Program-made: the position numbers and the translations under genes
DNA from: an uncultured Kiloniellales bacterium
GTDB taxonomy: Bacteria > Actinomycetota > Acidimicrobiia > Spongiisociales > UBA5794
DNA: 64,000 nucleotides
Direction: 5' to 3'
Assembly: GCA_964195155.1 (NCBI GenBank)
Contig: CAXMOP010000115.1
Span: forward strand, 4,986-68,985
Shown: piece after piece, positions 17,328 to 27,743 of the stretch
How positions within the stretch are numbered: the first letter of the stretch is position 1
Layout: every line of letters begins with the position of its first letter
Notes under the pieces: generated by a model
Seen by the model: only the letters and a program-made list of their open reading frames with translations
Told to the model about the DNA's origin: nothing
Databases searched by the model: none

Positions 17328-18004
17328 GAACCATCCACCCTGATCTCACCGCTGTGCACCGAGATCACGCCGTCGGCGGTGTCAATCAGGAGCGCGCCGC
17401 TGTCGTCGACCCCGACCGCAACGCCGCCGCCGCGTTCGTACGCGACCTCCTTTCCCAGGGTGGTGGAGGCGGATTCGTACTCATGGCGCCCCCAGAGAGA
17501 GCTCCCGGCGGCCATCCGTTCCAGGAACCGAACCGTCCAGGTCGCAGCCAGGTCGACGGCGACGTCAGGTCCAGGATCGCCCTCGACAATCCCAGCCGCC
17601 CCTTCGATCGGCTCGGCCCACCAAAGGTTGGCTCCGCACCCGACGACCACCCGCGCTCCCGACGCCTCGACAAGGATGCCACCGACCTTGGCTCCTCCCG
17701 ACATCAGGTCATTTGGCCAACGAAGGCCGACATCGATCGAGAAGGTCGCATCGATCGCATCGCGCATGGCAAGACCCGCAACCAGGGGGATCAGGCCCCA
17801 ATCCCCAACCGGCCACCAGGGCTCGAACGCCAGCGAGGCGAAAAGGGCGCGGTCCGGCTCAACCCACTCCCGATCAAAGCGGCCGCGGCCGGTGGTTTGA
17901 TGGCCGGCGACGACGAGCAGCGGCTCACCGGTGAACCTGGTGGCCGCCTCGTCCTGGGTCGATTCCGCGGTTGGGAGCACCACGCTCGCGTAATGTGTAT
18001 CCAT
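17324..18004 (-). CDS. birA: Biotin--[acetyl-CoA-carboxylase] ligase BirA (group I, no DNA-binding domain)
   Basis: GHQTTGRGR and KWPNDL-type motifs are present. It lies divergent from the carboxylase genes. Confidence 0.8.
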   Translation of the reverse strand: MDTHYASVVLPTAESTQDEAATRFTGEPLLVVAGHQTTGRGRFDREWVEPDRALFASLAFEPWWPVGDWGLIPLVAGLAMRDAIDATFSIDVGLRWPNDLMSGGAKVGGILVEASGARVVVGCGANLWWAEPIEGAAGIVEGDPGPDVAVDLAATWTVRFLERMAAGSSLWGRHEYESASTTLGKEVAYERGGGVAVGVDDSGALLIDTADGVISVHSGEIRVDGS

Positions 18005-18047
18005 CGATCAGGGTCAGAGGTCCAATGCTGAGCCTACCGGGAGCACC

Positions 18048-19598
18048 GTGAGCACCGAAGACCGCATCAACCGCCTGCGTGAACTGCGCCAGGAGGCCAT
18101 GGAGCCAGCAAACCAGCGCGCCGTCGACCGCCAGCACGATTTGGGCAAGCTCACGGCTCGCGAGCGCGTCGAGTTGCTGCTCGACAAGGGCTCGTTCCAG
18201 GAAATGGACATGTTCGTGCGCCACCAGGCCAAGGGCTTCGGCATCGAGGACAAGCGGCCGCCCGGCGACGCAGTCATCACCGGATGGGGGACGATCGATG
18301 GACGCACTGCGTTCGTTTTTGCCGAGGACTTCACCGCGTTTGGCGGCAGCCTCGGAGAAGCGGTAGCCGACAAGATCTGCAAGGTGCTTGACCTGGCAAT
18401 GGAGAACGGGGTCCCGATCATCGGGATCAAGGACTCCGGGGGCGCCCGGATCCAGGAAGGAGTCGTCGCACTCGACGGCTACGGTCGAATCTTCGAGAGG
18501 AACGTGCGGGCGTCGGGCGTCATCCCGCAGATCTCGGTCATCATGGGCCCCTGCGCCGGTGGAGCCGTGTACTCGCCGGCGATCACCGATTTCGTGTACC
18601 AGGTCGATGAGACCTCCCACCTGTTCATCACCGGGCCCGAGGTGATCAAGGCCGTGACCGGTGAAGACGTGACCATGGAGGAGCTGGGCGGGGCCCACGC
18701 CCACGCCACCCGTTCAGGAGTGACTCACTTCGTCGTCGACGACGACCGCGCCGCCATGGAGGAAGTCCGCTATCTGTTGTCGTTCCTACCGCAGAACAAC
18801 ATGGAGGTGGCTCCCTTCTTCACACCACTCGACAGCCCGGACCGCACCGAAGAAGACCTGACCACCATCATCCCCGAGTCTCCGAATCAGCCGTACGACA
18901 TGGTCGACGTCGTCGCCGCGATCTTCGACGACGGCGAGTTCTATCAGGTCCACGAGCACTTCGCCATGAATCTCATCGTCGGGTTCGCCCGGCTCGACGG
19001 TTACACCGTCGGCGTGATCGGCAACCAGCCGATGTCCCTGGCCGGCAGCCTCGACATCGACGCCTCGGTCAAGGGAGCCCGCTTCGTGCGGTTCTGCGAC
19101 GCTTTCAACATCCCGCTCGTCACCCTCGTCGACGTCCCCGGGTTCATGCCGGGCGTCGATCAGGAGCATGAGGGGATCATCCGCCACGGTGCCAAGCTGC
19201 TGTATGCCTTCTCTGAGGCGACGGTGCCACGGGTGACCGTCATCACGCGCAAGGCGTACGGGGGCGCCTATCTGGTGATGAACTCACGGGCCCTCAGGGC
19301 CGATATGGCGTTTGCGTGGCCCACCGCAGAGATCGCGGTGATGGGCGCACCAGGGGCGGTCAACATCATCCACCGCCGCACGATCGCCGCCGCCGACGAC
19401 CCGGACGCCGAGCGAGAAGCCCTGATCACGGACTACGAAGAGAAATTCTCCAATCCGTACATCGCAGCGGAGCGGGGCCTGATCGACGACGTCATCGAGG
19501 CAAGGGAGACCCGGCCGCGGTTGATCCGTTCCCTGGCCATGCTCCGCAACAAGCGCGAGGCGATGCCGCCCAAGAAGCACGGGAACATCCCGTTGTAG
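18048..19598 (+). CDS. Acyl-CoA carboxylase carboxyltransferase (beta) subunit, PccB/AccD5-like
   Basis: 516 aa with two crotonase-like carboxyltransferase halves, and a strong full-length match to propionyl-CoA carboxylase beta. GTG start at 18048. Confidence 0.9.
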   Translation: MSTEDRINRLRELRQEAMEPANQRAVDRQHDLGKLTARERVELLLDKGSFQEMDMFVRHQAKGFGIEDKRPPGDAVITGWGTIDGRTAFVFAEDFTAFGGSLGEAVADKICKVLDLAMENGVPIIGIKDSGGARIQEGVVALDGYGRIFERNVRASGVIPQISVIMGPCAGGAVYSPAITDFVYQVDETSHLFITGPEVIKAVTGEDVTMEELGGAHAHATRSGVTHFVVDDDRAAMEEVRYLLSFLPQNNMEVAPFFTPLDSPDRTEEDLTTIIPESPNQPYDMVDVVAAIFDDGEFYQVHEHFAMNLIVGFARLDGYTVGVIGNQPMSLAGSLDIDASVKGARFVRFCDAFNIPLVTLVDVPGFMPGVDQEHEGIIRHGAKLLYAFSEATVPRVTVITRKAYGGAYLVMNSRALRADMAFAWPTAEIAVMGAPGAVNIIHRRTIAAADDPDAEREALITDYEEKFSNPYIAAERGLIDDVIEARETRPRLIRSLAMLRNKREAMPPKKHGNIPL

Positions 19599-19629
19599 GA
19601 GTCGCGAGTCGCCAGTCGCCAGTTGCGAG
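19599..19629. repeat. Heptamer array GAGTCGC GAGTCGC CAGTCGC CAGTTGC
   Basis: Directly visible between the carboxylase beta and alpha genes. Confidence 0.85.
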
Positions 19630-19700
19630 CCCGATCGCTCGTAACGGAATGCTCACGTTCGAGGTCCGACCCCCACCCACCCTTCTCCTAGGATTCACCC

Positions 19701-21446
19701 GTGGATTCTGTTCTGATCGCCAACCGTGGAGAGATTGCCGTCCGGGTGATTCGCGCCGCCCACGACCTCGGGCTGCGCGCCATCGCGGTGTATTCCGAGC
19801 TCGACCGTGACGCCGTCCACGTCGAGCTCGCCGACGAGGCATGGAACATCGGGCCGGGCCCCTCTGCCGAGTCCTACCTGAACATCCCCAACATTCTCGA
19901 GGCCGCAGACGCCTCGAAGGCTGAAGCAGTACATCCGGGATACGGGTTCCTGGCCGAGAATGCAGGCTTCGCCCAGGCCGTCATTGACGCCGGGCTTATC
20001 TGGGTGGGTCCTCCGCCGGCGGCGATCGCGACCATGGGTGACAAGATCGCCTCACGATCCGCGGCCCAAGCGGCCGGGGTTGCTTCGGTTCCCGGAACCC
20101 TCGAACCGCTTGCCAGCGTGGACGAGGTGAGGGCTTTTGCCGAGGAGCACGGCCTTCCGATCGCCATCAAGGCGGCTCACGGCGGCGGCGGCAAGGGCCT
20201 GAAGGTCGTGCGAGAGGGCGACGATATCGAGGCCGCCTACGAAGGAGCCAAGCGGGAAGCCGACGCCTGGTTCGGCAACCCGGAGGTCTACGTCGAGCGC
20301 TATCTCGACAACCCGCGGCACATCGAGGCCCAGATCATGTTCGACACCCACGGCAACGGCGTCTTCCTCGGCGAACGCGACTGCTCGATCCAACGCCGGC
20401 ACCAGAAGCTGATCGAGGAGACGCCGGCACCGCGTTTCACCGATGAACAGCGGTCGGCCCTGGAGAGCGCCGCGCTCGCGGTGGCCGGTGCGGCCGACTA
20501 CGAGAACGCCGGCACCGTTGAATTCCTGATGGACGGGACCGGCGCCCTTTTCTTTCTCGAGATGAATACCCGAATCCAGGTCGAGCACACCATCACCGAA
20601 GAAGCCACCGGCATCGACCTCGTTGCAGAACAGCTTCGCGTCGCTGCCGGCGAGCCGCTTTCCTTCAGCACGGCCGCGTCGCGGGGCCACGTCATCGAGT
20701 TCCGCCTCAACGCCGAGGACCCCGCCCGTGGTTTCCTGCCGACGCCGGGCACGCTCTCTCGGTATCGAGAATCCGCCGGCCGGGGCATCCGCGTCGACAG
20801 CGGGGTCCGTCAGGGATCCACGATCTCGCAGTACTACGACAACCTCATCGCCAAGCTCATCGTCTCGGGTCGGGACCGGACCGAGGCCATCGACCGAGCC
20901 AAGCGCGCCCTGAGCGAGTTCGAGATCGGCGGCGTGGACACCACAATTCCGGCCCACCTCCTCATCCTTGACAACGAGGACTTCGTTTCGGGCAACCTGT
21001 CGACACGGCTGCTCGAAGAGGACCTGGATTTCTCAGGGCTCGCCACCAAGACGGCACCGGCGCTCCCCGAAGAGACCGAGCTCCAGGAACGCGGTATGAC
21101 GGTCGAGGTTGGCGGACGCCGATACGACGTGCGCTACTGGTCCCAAGTCATCGCCCCGACGACGTCCGGTCAGCGCCCCGCGCCGCGGCGGCGTGCGCCC
21201 AAGCTGTCGGAACGCTCCGCACCAGGCGACACCGAGGGAATCGTCACCGCCCCCATGCAGGGCACCATCGTCAAGGTGCACCACGGCGCCGGGGACGCCG
21301 TCGTGGCAGGGGAACCGGTGTGTGTTCTCGAGGCCATGAAGATGGAAAACGAGATCAAAGCGCCCAGCGACGGCGAGATCGTCGACCTCAGAGTGCAGCC
21401 CGGCGACACCGTGGCACCGGGCGCCGTGTTGATGGTGATTCGTTGA
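19701..21446 (+). CDS. Acyl-CoA carboxylase alpha subunit (biotin carboxylase plus C-terminal biotinyl domain, AMKM motif)
   Basis: The N-terminus VLIANRGEIAVRVIRA and the ATP-grasp are present. The C-terminal EAMKMENEI carries the biotinyl-lysine motif. Confidence 0.9.
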   Translation: MDSVLIANRGEIAVRVIRAAHDLGLRAIAVYSELDRDAVHVELADEAWNIGPGPSAESYLNIPNILEAADASKAEAVHPGYGFLAENAGFAQAVIDAGLIWVGPPPAAIATMGDKIASRSAAQAAGVASVPGTLEPLASVDEVRAFAEEHGLPIAIKAAHGGGGKGLKVVREGDDIEAAYEGAKREADAWFGNPEVYVERYLDNPRHIEAQIMFDTHGNGVFLGERDCSIQRRHQKLIEETPAPRFTDEQRSALESAALAVAGAADYENAGTVEFLMDGTGALFFLEMNTRIQVEHTITEEATGIDLVAEQLRVAAGEPLSFSTAASRGHVIEFRLNAEDPARGFLPTPGTLSRYRESAGRGIRVDSGVRQGSTISQYYDNLIAKLIVSGRDRTEAIDRAKRALSEFEIGGVDTTIPAHLLILDNEDFVSGNLSTRLLEEDLDFSGLATKTAPALPEETELQERGMTVEVGGRRYDVRYWSQVIAPTTSGQRPAPRRRAPKLSERSAPGDTEGIVTAPMQGTIVKVHHGAGDAVVAGEPVCVLEAMKMENEIKAPSDGEIVDLRVQPGDTVAPGAVLMVIR

Positions 21447-21492
21447 GCGAGTCGCTCATCGACGACGCCTACGTCGAGAGTTCAGGACCCTC

Positions 21493-23094
21493 CTAGGAAC
21501 CGGGCCGGTACCGGCCGAATACGCCTTCGAGCGTCGTTGAGACCTCGCCGACCGTGGCCCCCACCCGAAGAGCCTCTCGCATCGGATACAGCAGGTTGCC
21601 ATCCCCGGTGGCCGCATCCCGGACGGCGGCGAGCGAATCGAGGGCATCTTCGTCACGACCGGCGCGGTGTGCCTTCAGCGCCCGAATCTGATCGGCCTCG
21701 GTCTCCGGGTCGACCTGGAGCACCGCTATGGCCGGGCCCCCCTCCCCGCCTGGCGCGCTACTCCCCCCCAACGGGGGAGGGACTTCTCCCTGGTAACGAT
21801 TCACGCCAACGATGGTCACGGCGCCGGACTCAACACCGCGGGCGTACCGGTAGGCAGCCTCCTCGATCGCACCTTGCTGAAAACCGGCTTCGATGGCCGC
21901 AACCGCGCCGCCGAAGCCGTCGATGCGCTCGATCAACTCGGTTGCCTCGGCTTCGAGGCGGTCGGTGAGCGCCTCCACGAAATACGATCCGGCCAGCGGG
22001 TCGACCACTGCAGTCACCCCGGTCTCATCGGCCAGGATCTGCTGCGTTCTGAGAGCGACCAATGCGGCCTCCTCCGTCGGCAGGCCCAGCGCCTCGTCAA
22101 AGGAGTTGGTGTGCAAGGACTGGGTTCCGCCCAGCGTTGCGGCCAACGCCTGATAAGCGGTGCGAGTGATGTTGTTCAACGGTTGCTGGGCGGTGAGGGA
22201 CGAGCCTGCGGTCTGGGTGTGGAACCGCATTCGCCAGGACTCCGGTGCGCTGGCCCCGATGCGTTCTCGCATCAGGCGCGCCCACAGCCGCCGGGCGGCA
22301 CGGTATTTGGCTGCCTCCTCGAACAACCCGTTGTGGGCGTTCCAGAAGAACGACAGCCTTGGAGCAAACACATCGAGATCCAGCCCCGCGCGACGGGCCG
22401 CTTCGACATAGGCCAGACCGTCGGCGATGGTGAACGCGATCTCCTGGGCGGCGGTCGAGCCGGCCTCGCGGATGTGGTACCCGCTGATCGAGATCGTGTT
22501 CCAGTTGGGAAGGGCCTCAACGCAGTAGCCAAACAGATCGGTCACCAGGCGCATCGACGGCTCCGGCGGATAGATGTACGTGCCCCGTGCGATGTACTCC
22601 TTCAAAATGTCGTTCTGCACCGTGCCGCGGATCCGCTCCGGCGCCGCGCCCTGTTCGGTCGCCACCAGCTCGTAGAGGAGCAACAGGATTGCCGCGGTGG
22701 CGTTGATGGTCATCGAGGTGGTCACCTCGTCGAGAGGGATCTGATCAAACAGCCGGCGCATGTCCTCGATCGAGTCGATGGCCACCCCGACCTTTCCCAC
22801 CTCACCGGCGGCCATCTGGTGATCCGAGTCGTATCCCATTTGGGTAGGCAGGTCGAAGGCCACCGAAAGCCCGGTCTGTCCGCCGTCGAGGAGTGCGCGG
22901 AATCGCCGGTTGGTGTCGTCGGCGTCGCCAAATCCGGCGTACTGGCGGATGGTCCACGGCCGCTCGGTATACATCGAGGCGTACGGCCCACGCGTGTACG
23001 GGTACTCCCCAGGCTCTCCAAGCTGTTTCGCGGGATCCCACCCGGCGAGATCGTCGGCGGTGTAATCCATCTTCGACGGTTGGTCTTCTGCCAT
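21493..23094 (-). CDS. Methylmalonyl-CoA mutase large-subunit catalytic (N-terminal TIM barrel) domain protein
   Basis: 533 aa with conserved [14 protein letters not shown] and substrate-barrel motifs. The B12-binding domain is absent, so this is the split form. ATG at 23094 with a GAGGGG Shine-Dalgarno sequence. Confidence 0.85.
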   Translation of the reverse strand: MAEDQPSKMDYTADDLAGWDPAKQLGEPGEYPYTRGPYASMYTERPWTIRQYAGFGDADDTNRRFRALLDGGQTGLSVAFDLPTQMGYDSDHQMAAGEVGKVGVAIDSIEDMRRLFDQIPLDEVTTSMTINATAAILLLLYELVATEQGAAPERIRGTVQNDILKEYIARGTYIYPPEPSMRLVTDLFGYCVEALPNWNTISISGYHIREAGSTAAQEIAFTIADGLAYVEAARRAGLDLDVFAPRLSFFWNAHNGLFEEAAKYRAARRLWARLMRERIGASAPESWRMRFHTQTAGSSLTAQQPLNNITRTAYQALAATLGGTQSLHTNSFDEALGLPTEEAALVALRTQQILADETGVTAVVDPLAGSYFVEALTDRLEAEATELIERIDGFGGAVAAIEAGFQQGAIEEAAYRYARGVESGAVTIVGVNRYQGEVPPPLGGSSAPGGEGGPAIAVLQVDPETEADQIRALKAHRAGRDEDALDSLAAVRDAATGDGNLLYPMREALRVGATVGEVSTTLEGVFGRYRPGS

Positions 23095-23125
23095 CACATA
23101 CCCCTCATATTTGGAGGGTCTTCCT

Positions 23126-25720
23126 ATGCTTTTTGGCGATGGTACCCAGGGGGGCCATTTCTATTCCCCACCTCCACCGGTCTATTCGCCACCAGCAAGA
23201 ACGTTCATGACCATGGATCCCAATATCCACGAGGCCCATCGCAGGGACCGCCGCCGCAGGCGGCTCCCATCGTTACTGCTGCTCACGATCATTGTGATCG
23301 TCGGGGCGAGCTGGGTCGGGTTGTTCGGGTTCCTCGGCTCCACCTCCGCAATGGGCACCGTCGAGGAAGTGGAGGAGCGGTTTCTCTGCGACATCAGCGG
23401 CGTCGATCTTTCCTTCCCCGATGTTTCCCGCCTCTCCGCGGTCGAGACCAGCGATGGCGTCGAGCTGGGCAAGCTCTCAGAGCGGAACAGCCAGCCGATC
23501 CCGATCGACGAGATCCCCGAGCTCGTGGTCAATGCGTTGCTCTCCGCCGAAGACAAGAGCTTCTACGAGCACGAGGGGGTCGACTTCCTGGCGGTGTTCC
23601 GTGCCGCCACCAGCGGTGGCGAGAGCGGTGCTTCCACGATCACCCAACAGGTCGTGAAGCAGAACTTCCTCAGCTCGGATCGCACCATCGAGCGAAAGAT
23701 CTGTGAGGCGCAGTTGGCGACCGAGCTGGAACGCCTATATACGAAGGACCAGATCCTCGAGTTCTATGCCAACTCGGTCTTTTTCGGCGCCAACGCCTAC
23801 GGGATCACGGCGGCAGCCCAGGAGTACTTCGGGAAGCCGCTCGAGGACCTCGACGCTGCCGAGGCTGCCACGTTGGTCAGCCCGATCAGGAACCCAAGCT
23901 TCTACCACCCACGCCAGAACCCGAGCAACGCCATCGGTGTCCGCAATCGCACCATCGCGAGCATGGAGGAGAACGGGTTCATCACCGCCGAGGAAGCAAC
24001 CGCGGCCAAGAGCCAGTCACTTGGTGTGCTCCCCCACTCCGAACGCGAGGAACTCGCTCCACAGGTCATGATCGCGGTGCGTCGCGCATTGCTTGACGAC
24101 ACCACAAACCGATTTGGTCTCGGCACTACCTATACCGAGCGCAAGCAAGCGGTGTTCGGGTGCCCGGCTGCGGACACCACGTGCGCCGGCGGGGGCGGCC
24201 TGAATATCGAAGTCACCGTCAACTTCGATTGGCAAACCGAAGGAACCCGGATCTTGCGGGCCTGGTATCGGCACGATGCCGGCGGGCCAACCGGCGCCAT
24301 CGCGACCGTGGAGAATGCGACCGGCGCGATTCGCGTGCTGGCGTCTGGCGTCGAGTACGGCACCGACCTCGCCGCCGGGGAGCGGCCATACGACCTTGCT
24401 CTCGAAGGGCGACGCCACGCCGGGTCGGCATTCAAGCCCTACACGCTGGCGGCGGCGCTCGAAAGCGGTGATCTGAACGGGCGGCCGGTCACCTTGAACT
24501 CGTACTGGGACCGAGGCAGGCCGGCCGTGATCGATTGTGGCTTCCCGTGTTCCTCGCGCGGCAATTTTTGGGTGGTCGATGCGGGCCTGAACACCCCTCA
24601 TGAGTTGCGTACCCTCGAGTCCGCAACGGTGTCGTCGCTGAATCCTGTCTACGCCAGGTTGATTGCCGCCATCGGCGCCGAGCCGGTCGTCGACATGGCC
24701 TATCGGCTCGGCATCCGCACGTCGGAGGTGAAGCCGGTGTATGCGGTGACCCTGGGCGCAGCGTCGGTCAGTCCGCTGGAGATGGCATCTGCGTACTCGA
24801 CCTTCGCCAACCAGGGGAACTACCTGGAGCCTTACCTGATCGAACGGATCACCGACTCGTCGGGCAACGTGATCTACCAGCATCGTCCCCAGCCGGAGCG
24901 AGTGCTCTCGCCGCAAATCGCTGCGGCGGTGACGACGACGCTCGAAAAGGTCGTCGCCGGGGGCACCGGTACCCGGGCCAAGATAGACCGGCCGCAGGCG
25001 GGCAAGACCGGAACGGCAACCGACAACACCGACGTGTGGTTCGTCGGATTCATCCCGCAATACTCCACTGCGGTGTGGGTCGGCTATCCCGACGGCGCGG
25101 TTCCGATGAAGAACTTCACGATCTTTAACGACGTCGAAGGCCGCGAGCAGTCGATTCGCCAGGCCTTCGGGGGCACGGTCGCCGCTCCCGCCTGGCGCCA
25201 GTTCATGCTCTACCTCACCGACGGTCTCGAGGTTCTCGACTTTCCCGAGCCGCCGGAGGGCACCAGCCAGTACTACCGCGTGCCGGGGACGCGGGTACCC
25301 AATATCAACCTCGAGAACATGAACCTCGCCAGGATCGAGGATCTGATCTATGCCGCCCACCTGCGCGTCGCGCTCGTCGAGGTCCCATCGCTCGAAGAGG
25401 TGGACACGCTGCTCAGCATGACGCCGGGATCGGGCGCGTCGATGGGTCAGGGCGGGGCCGTGACCATCGAGATCTCGATCGGCATCCCTGAGGAGATCGT
25501 GAGCCCGAACCTGGTCGGTCTGCCGGTAATCGAAGTCGATCCCACCCTCAATGCGTTCCTCGCCGAGTTCGCCGTCCAGCTCAACTGGGTGCGGCAAGAT
25601 GTCGAGACACCCGATCCCGCCCAGTGGGGACGCGTCGTCGCCACCGACCCCCCGCCGGGGGCCCTGGTGAGGCCCGGCGACACGATCATCGTGTCGGTTG
25701 GAGTCCAGCCAAGTAGCTGA
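23126..25720 (+). CDS. Class A penicillin-binding protein (PBP1A: transglycosylase plus transpeptidase plus a C-terminal PASTA-like tail)
   Basis: ATG at 23126 follows GGAGGG. A proline-rich cytoplasmic tail and a TM helix precede the domains. The GT51 motifs [12 protein letters not shown] and RKICE, the SAFKP serine and the KTGT box are all present. Confidence 0.85.
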   Translation: MLFGDGTQGGHFYSPPPPVYSPPARTFMTMDPNIHEAHRRDRRRRRLPSLLLLTIIVIVGASWVGLFGFLGSTSAMGTVEEVEERFLCDISGVDLSFPDVSRLSAVETSDGVELGKLSERNSQPIPIDEIPELVVNALLSAEDKSFYEHEGVDFLAVFRAATSGGESGASTITQQVVKQNFLSSDRTIERKICEAQLATELERLYTKDQILEFYANSVFFGANAYGITAAAQEYFGKPLEDLDAAEAATLVSPIRNPSFYHPRQNPSNAIGVRNRTIASMEENGFITAEEATAAKSQSLGVLPHSEREELAPQVMIAVRRALLDDTTNRFGLGTTYTERKQAVFGCPAADTTCAGGGGLNIEVTVNFDWQTEGTRILRAWYRHDAGGPTGAIATVENATGAIRVLASGVEYGTDLAAGERPYDLALEGRRHAGSAFKPYTLAAALESGDLNGRPVTLNSYWDRGRPAVIDCGFPCSSRGNFWVVDAGLNTPHELRTLESATVSSLNPVYARLIAAIGAEPVVDMAYRLGIRTSEVKPVYAVTLGAASVSPLEMASAYSTFANQGNYLEPYLIERITDSSGNVIYQHRPQPERVLSPQIAAAVTTTLEKVVAGGTGTRAKIDRPQAGKTGTATDNTDVWFVGFIPQYSTAVWVGYPDGAVPMKNFTIFNDVEGREQSIRQAFGGTVAAPAWRQFMLYLTDGLEVLDFPEPPEGTSQYYRVPGTRVPNINLENMNLARIEDLIYAAHLRVALVEVPSLEEVDTLLSMTPGSGASMGQGGAVTIEISIGIPEEIVSPNLVGLPVIEVDPTLNAFLAEFAVQLNWVRQDVETPDPAQWGRVVATDPPPGALVRPGDTIIVSVGVQPSS

Positions 25721-25744
25721 GTCGCGAGTCGCGAGTCGCGAGTC
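25719..25744. repeat. (GAGTCGC)x3.5 heptamer array immediately after the PBP1A stop
   Basis: Directly visible. Confidence 0.9.
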
Positions 25745-25809
25745 ATGAGAACCTCTCACGCATCTCGCGTCTCGCATCTGGTCGGACCCCCAGCTAGGCG
25801 AATTCGTTG

Positions 25810-25894
25810 CCTCCCCCTCAGGGGGAGGTGCCGAGCGCCAGCGAGGCGGAGGGGGTCAAAGCCTTGCCGCGACCACGGTTCGACCCCCTCGCCT
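25810..25894. other. Two very stable GC hairpins: CCTCCCCCT/AGGGGGAGG at 25810-25828, and a 12-bp stem GGCGGAGGGGGTC...GACCCCCTCGCC at 25845-25894
   Basis: Perfect complementarity read directly. They sit in a 396-nt intergenic region. Confidence 0.7.
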
Positions 25895-25970
25895 CCCGAC
25901 TGTCGGGGCTCCCCCCTTTTCGGCTACTCGCTTCGCGCGCTTCCAGTGACCAGGTTTGTCCGTCCGGACT

Positions 25971-26048
25971 CGGTCACCGGTCACCGGTCACCGGTCCCTG
26001 GTCACTGGTCATTGGGATCTGCTCGCGTCACGGGTCTCGGGTCTGGCG
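25971..26048. repeat. Heptamer array (GGTCACC)x3 then GGTCCCT GGTCACT GGTCATT ...
   Basis: Directly visible. Confidence 0.85.
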
Positions 26049-26116
26049 ATGCTATTCTTCGCGCTCTCAGCTCGGCCTACTTGACTATAAGGGCGCCTAG
26101 CTGTACCTATATACCT

Positions 26117-26620
26117 ATGTCAGACTCGGCGGCGTCCGAAGCATCCCTCGCCGACGGTGTACGTCCTCCCACCGCTTCGATCAGGGAATCCGCGCCACCC
26201 TCGGGCGTCGCCGAGCATGACCAGTTCCTACCGAGTGGCCGGCCCATGTCCGCCCCCGCGGCTCCCCGGCCCACCGCTTCGATCCGGCCGCATCTTCGGC
26301 CCGTGGCATGGCGCGGGACCGGCGTGCGGAGCGGATTCTCCACCGACGATCCCTATGTGCGCCGCTTCTGGACGGCGGCCATAGGTCCGGGAGCGGTCGC
26401 GGACCTGATGCGTCTCGCCGTTGCCGCAGAGCGCGGCCGCTCCCTCCCCCGCCCCGAAGCCATCGGTGTCCTCGTCCGGGAGGACCTGGCTCGGTGGGTG
26501 GAGGGACGGCTGTTCGTGCGCACGACGATCCCGCCGCTGTCTGCCGCCCAGGAACGCCGCCTCAGCCCGGGGCTGAAGCGAGAGCACCGCGCCTCCCCGC
26601 AGCCTGCCGCGTCGAGCTAG
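26117..26620 (+). CDS. Hypothetical protein with an Ala/Pro-rich N-terminus and a conserved-looking C-terminal half
   Basis: ATG at 26117, preceded by the AT-rich run gtacctatatacctATG. The coding potential is moderate and no family could be assigned. Confidence 0.4.
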   Translation: MSDSAASEASLADGVRPPTASIRESAPPSGVAEHDQFLPSGRPMSAPAAPRPTASIRPHLRPVAWRGTGVRSGFSTDDPYVRRFWTAAIGPGAVADLMRLAVAAERGRSLPRPEAIGVLVREDLARWVEGRLFVRTTIPPLSAAQERRLSPGLKREHRASPQPAASS

Positions 26621-26630
26621 CGTTGTCGCC

Positions 26631-27743
26631 ATGGACTACCGGCGGCTCATCGAGCAATACCGCTCGGAAGTATCCGAGTTCTCGCCGTCGGAGGCGAAGA
26701 CGGAAGACTTCGCCGTCGTGATCGACGTCCGGGAACCCGTACAGCGTCTCGAAGGATCGATCGCCGATTCGATCGCCATGCCGAGGTCCGTCCTGGAACG
26801 AGAGATCAATGGAACGGTGCCGGACCGCGACGCGTCGATCCTCCTGTACTGCGTCGTCGGTGAGAGCTCGATCCTGGCCGCCCACACACTGCAGGCGCTC
26901 GGCTACCGCAACGTGAGCTCGTTGGCCGGCGGCTTCCGTCGATGGAAGGCCGACGGAAACCCCATCGTCCTCGATGACGCACTCGCCGCCGATGAGCGCA
27001 TCCGATACGACCGCCAGATTCGGCTCGACGAGATCGGCACCTCAGGTCAGCAGCGATTGCTCGCTTCTCGGGCACTGTTGATCGGAGCCGGCGGGCTTGG
27101 CTCCCCCGCCGCGCTCTACCTGGCTGCCGCTGGAGTCGGCTCCATCGGGATTGTCGACTTCGACCGGGTCGACGTGACCAATCTTCACCGGCAGATCCTG
27201 CACGACACGCCATCGATTGGAAGGGCGAAGACCGATTCGGCGGCCGAGCGGCTCGAAGCCCTGAACCCCGACGTCAAGGTCGAGGTCCACGGCATCCAGG
27301 TGTCGGACGAGAACGCGGTCGGCCTCGTGTCGGGCTACGACGTGATCATCGATGCCTCGGACAACTTCCCCACCAGGCTCGCCCTCAACGACGCCTCGAT
27401 TGCCACGGGGGTTCCACTGGTGCACGGATCGGCGCTGCGTTTCGAAGGAACGGTGGCAGTCTTCGACCCACCCAACGGTCCGTGCTATCGATGCCTGTTC
27501 CCCATCCTCCCGCAGGACGCGGCAACCTGCTCGGACGTCGGCGTCCTCGGAGCGTTGACCGGCGTCATCGGCTCGACCCAGGCCGTCGAGGCGATCAAGC
27601 TATTGCTCGGTGTCCGGCCCCTCTCCGGCGAGTTCCTCACCTACAACGCCCTCGACTCCCACTGGGCGAGGTACCGCTTCGAGAAGGACCCGCAGTGCCC
27701 TGCCTGCGGCGCAGAGTCCAGAGTCGAGAGGCCAGAGTCCTGA
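26631..27743 (+). CDS. ThiF/MoeB-type E1-like adenylyltransferase with an N-terminal rhodanese domain (reverse of the MoeZ order)
   Basis: Residues 1-110 form a rhodanese domain with an LYCVVGESS active-site Cys loop. Residues 120-370 form the ThiF domain with the GAGGLGS nucleotide motif and the CYRC...CPAC zinc motifs. Confidence 0.8.
   Translation: MDYRRLIEQYRSEVSEFSPSEAKTEDFAVVIDVREPVQRLEGSIADSIAMPRSVLEREINGTVPDRDASILLYCVVGESSILAAHTLQALGYRNVSSLAGGFRRWKADGNPIVLDDALAADERIRYDRQIRLDEIGTSGQQRLLASRALLIGAGGLGSPAALYLAAAGVGSIGIVDFDRVDVTNLHRQILHDTPSIGRAKTDSAAERLEALNPDVKVEVHGIQVSDENAVGLVSGYDVIIDASDNFPTRLALNDASIATGVPLVHGSALRFEGTVAVFDPPNGPCYRCLFPILPQDAATCSDVGVLGALTGVIGSTQAVEAIKLLLGVRPLSGEFLTYNALDSHWARYRFEKDPQCPACGAESRVERPES

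Noticed and set aside
25860-25900. tRNA-like T-loop sequence GGTTCGACCCC
   Set aside because: No acceptor, D or anticodon arms can be folded. The segment is simply one arm of a 12-bp hairpin.
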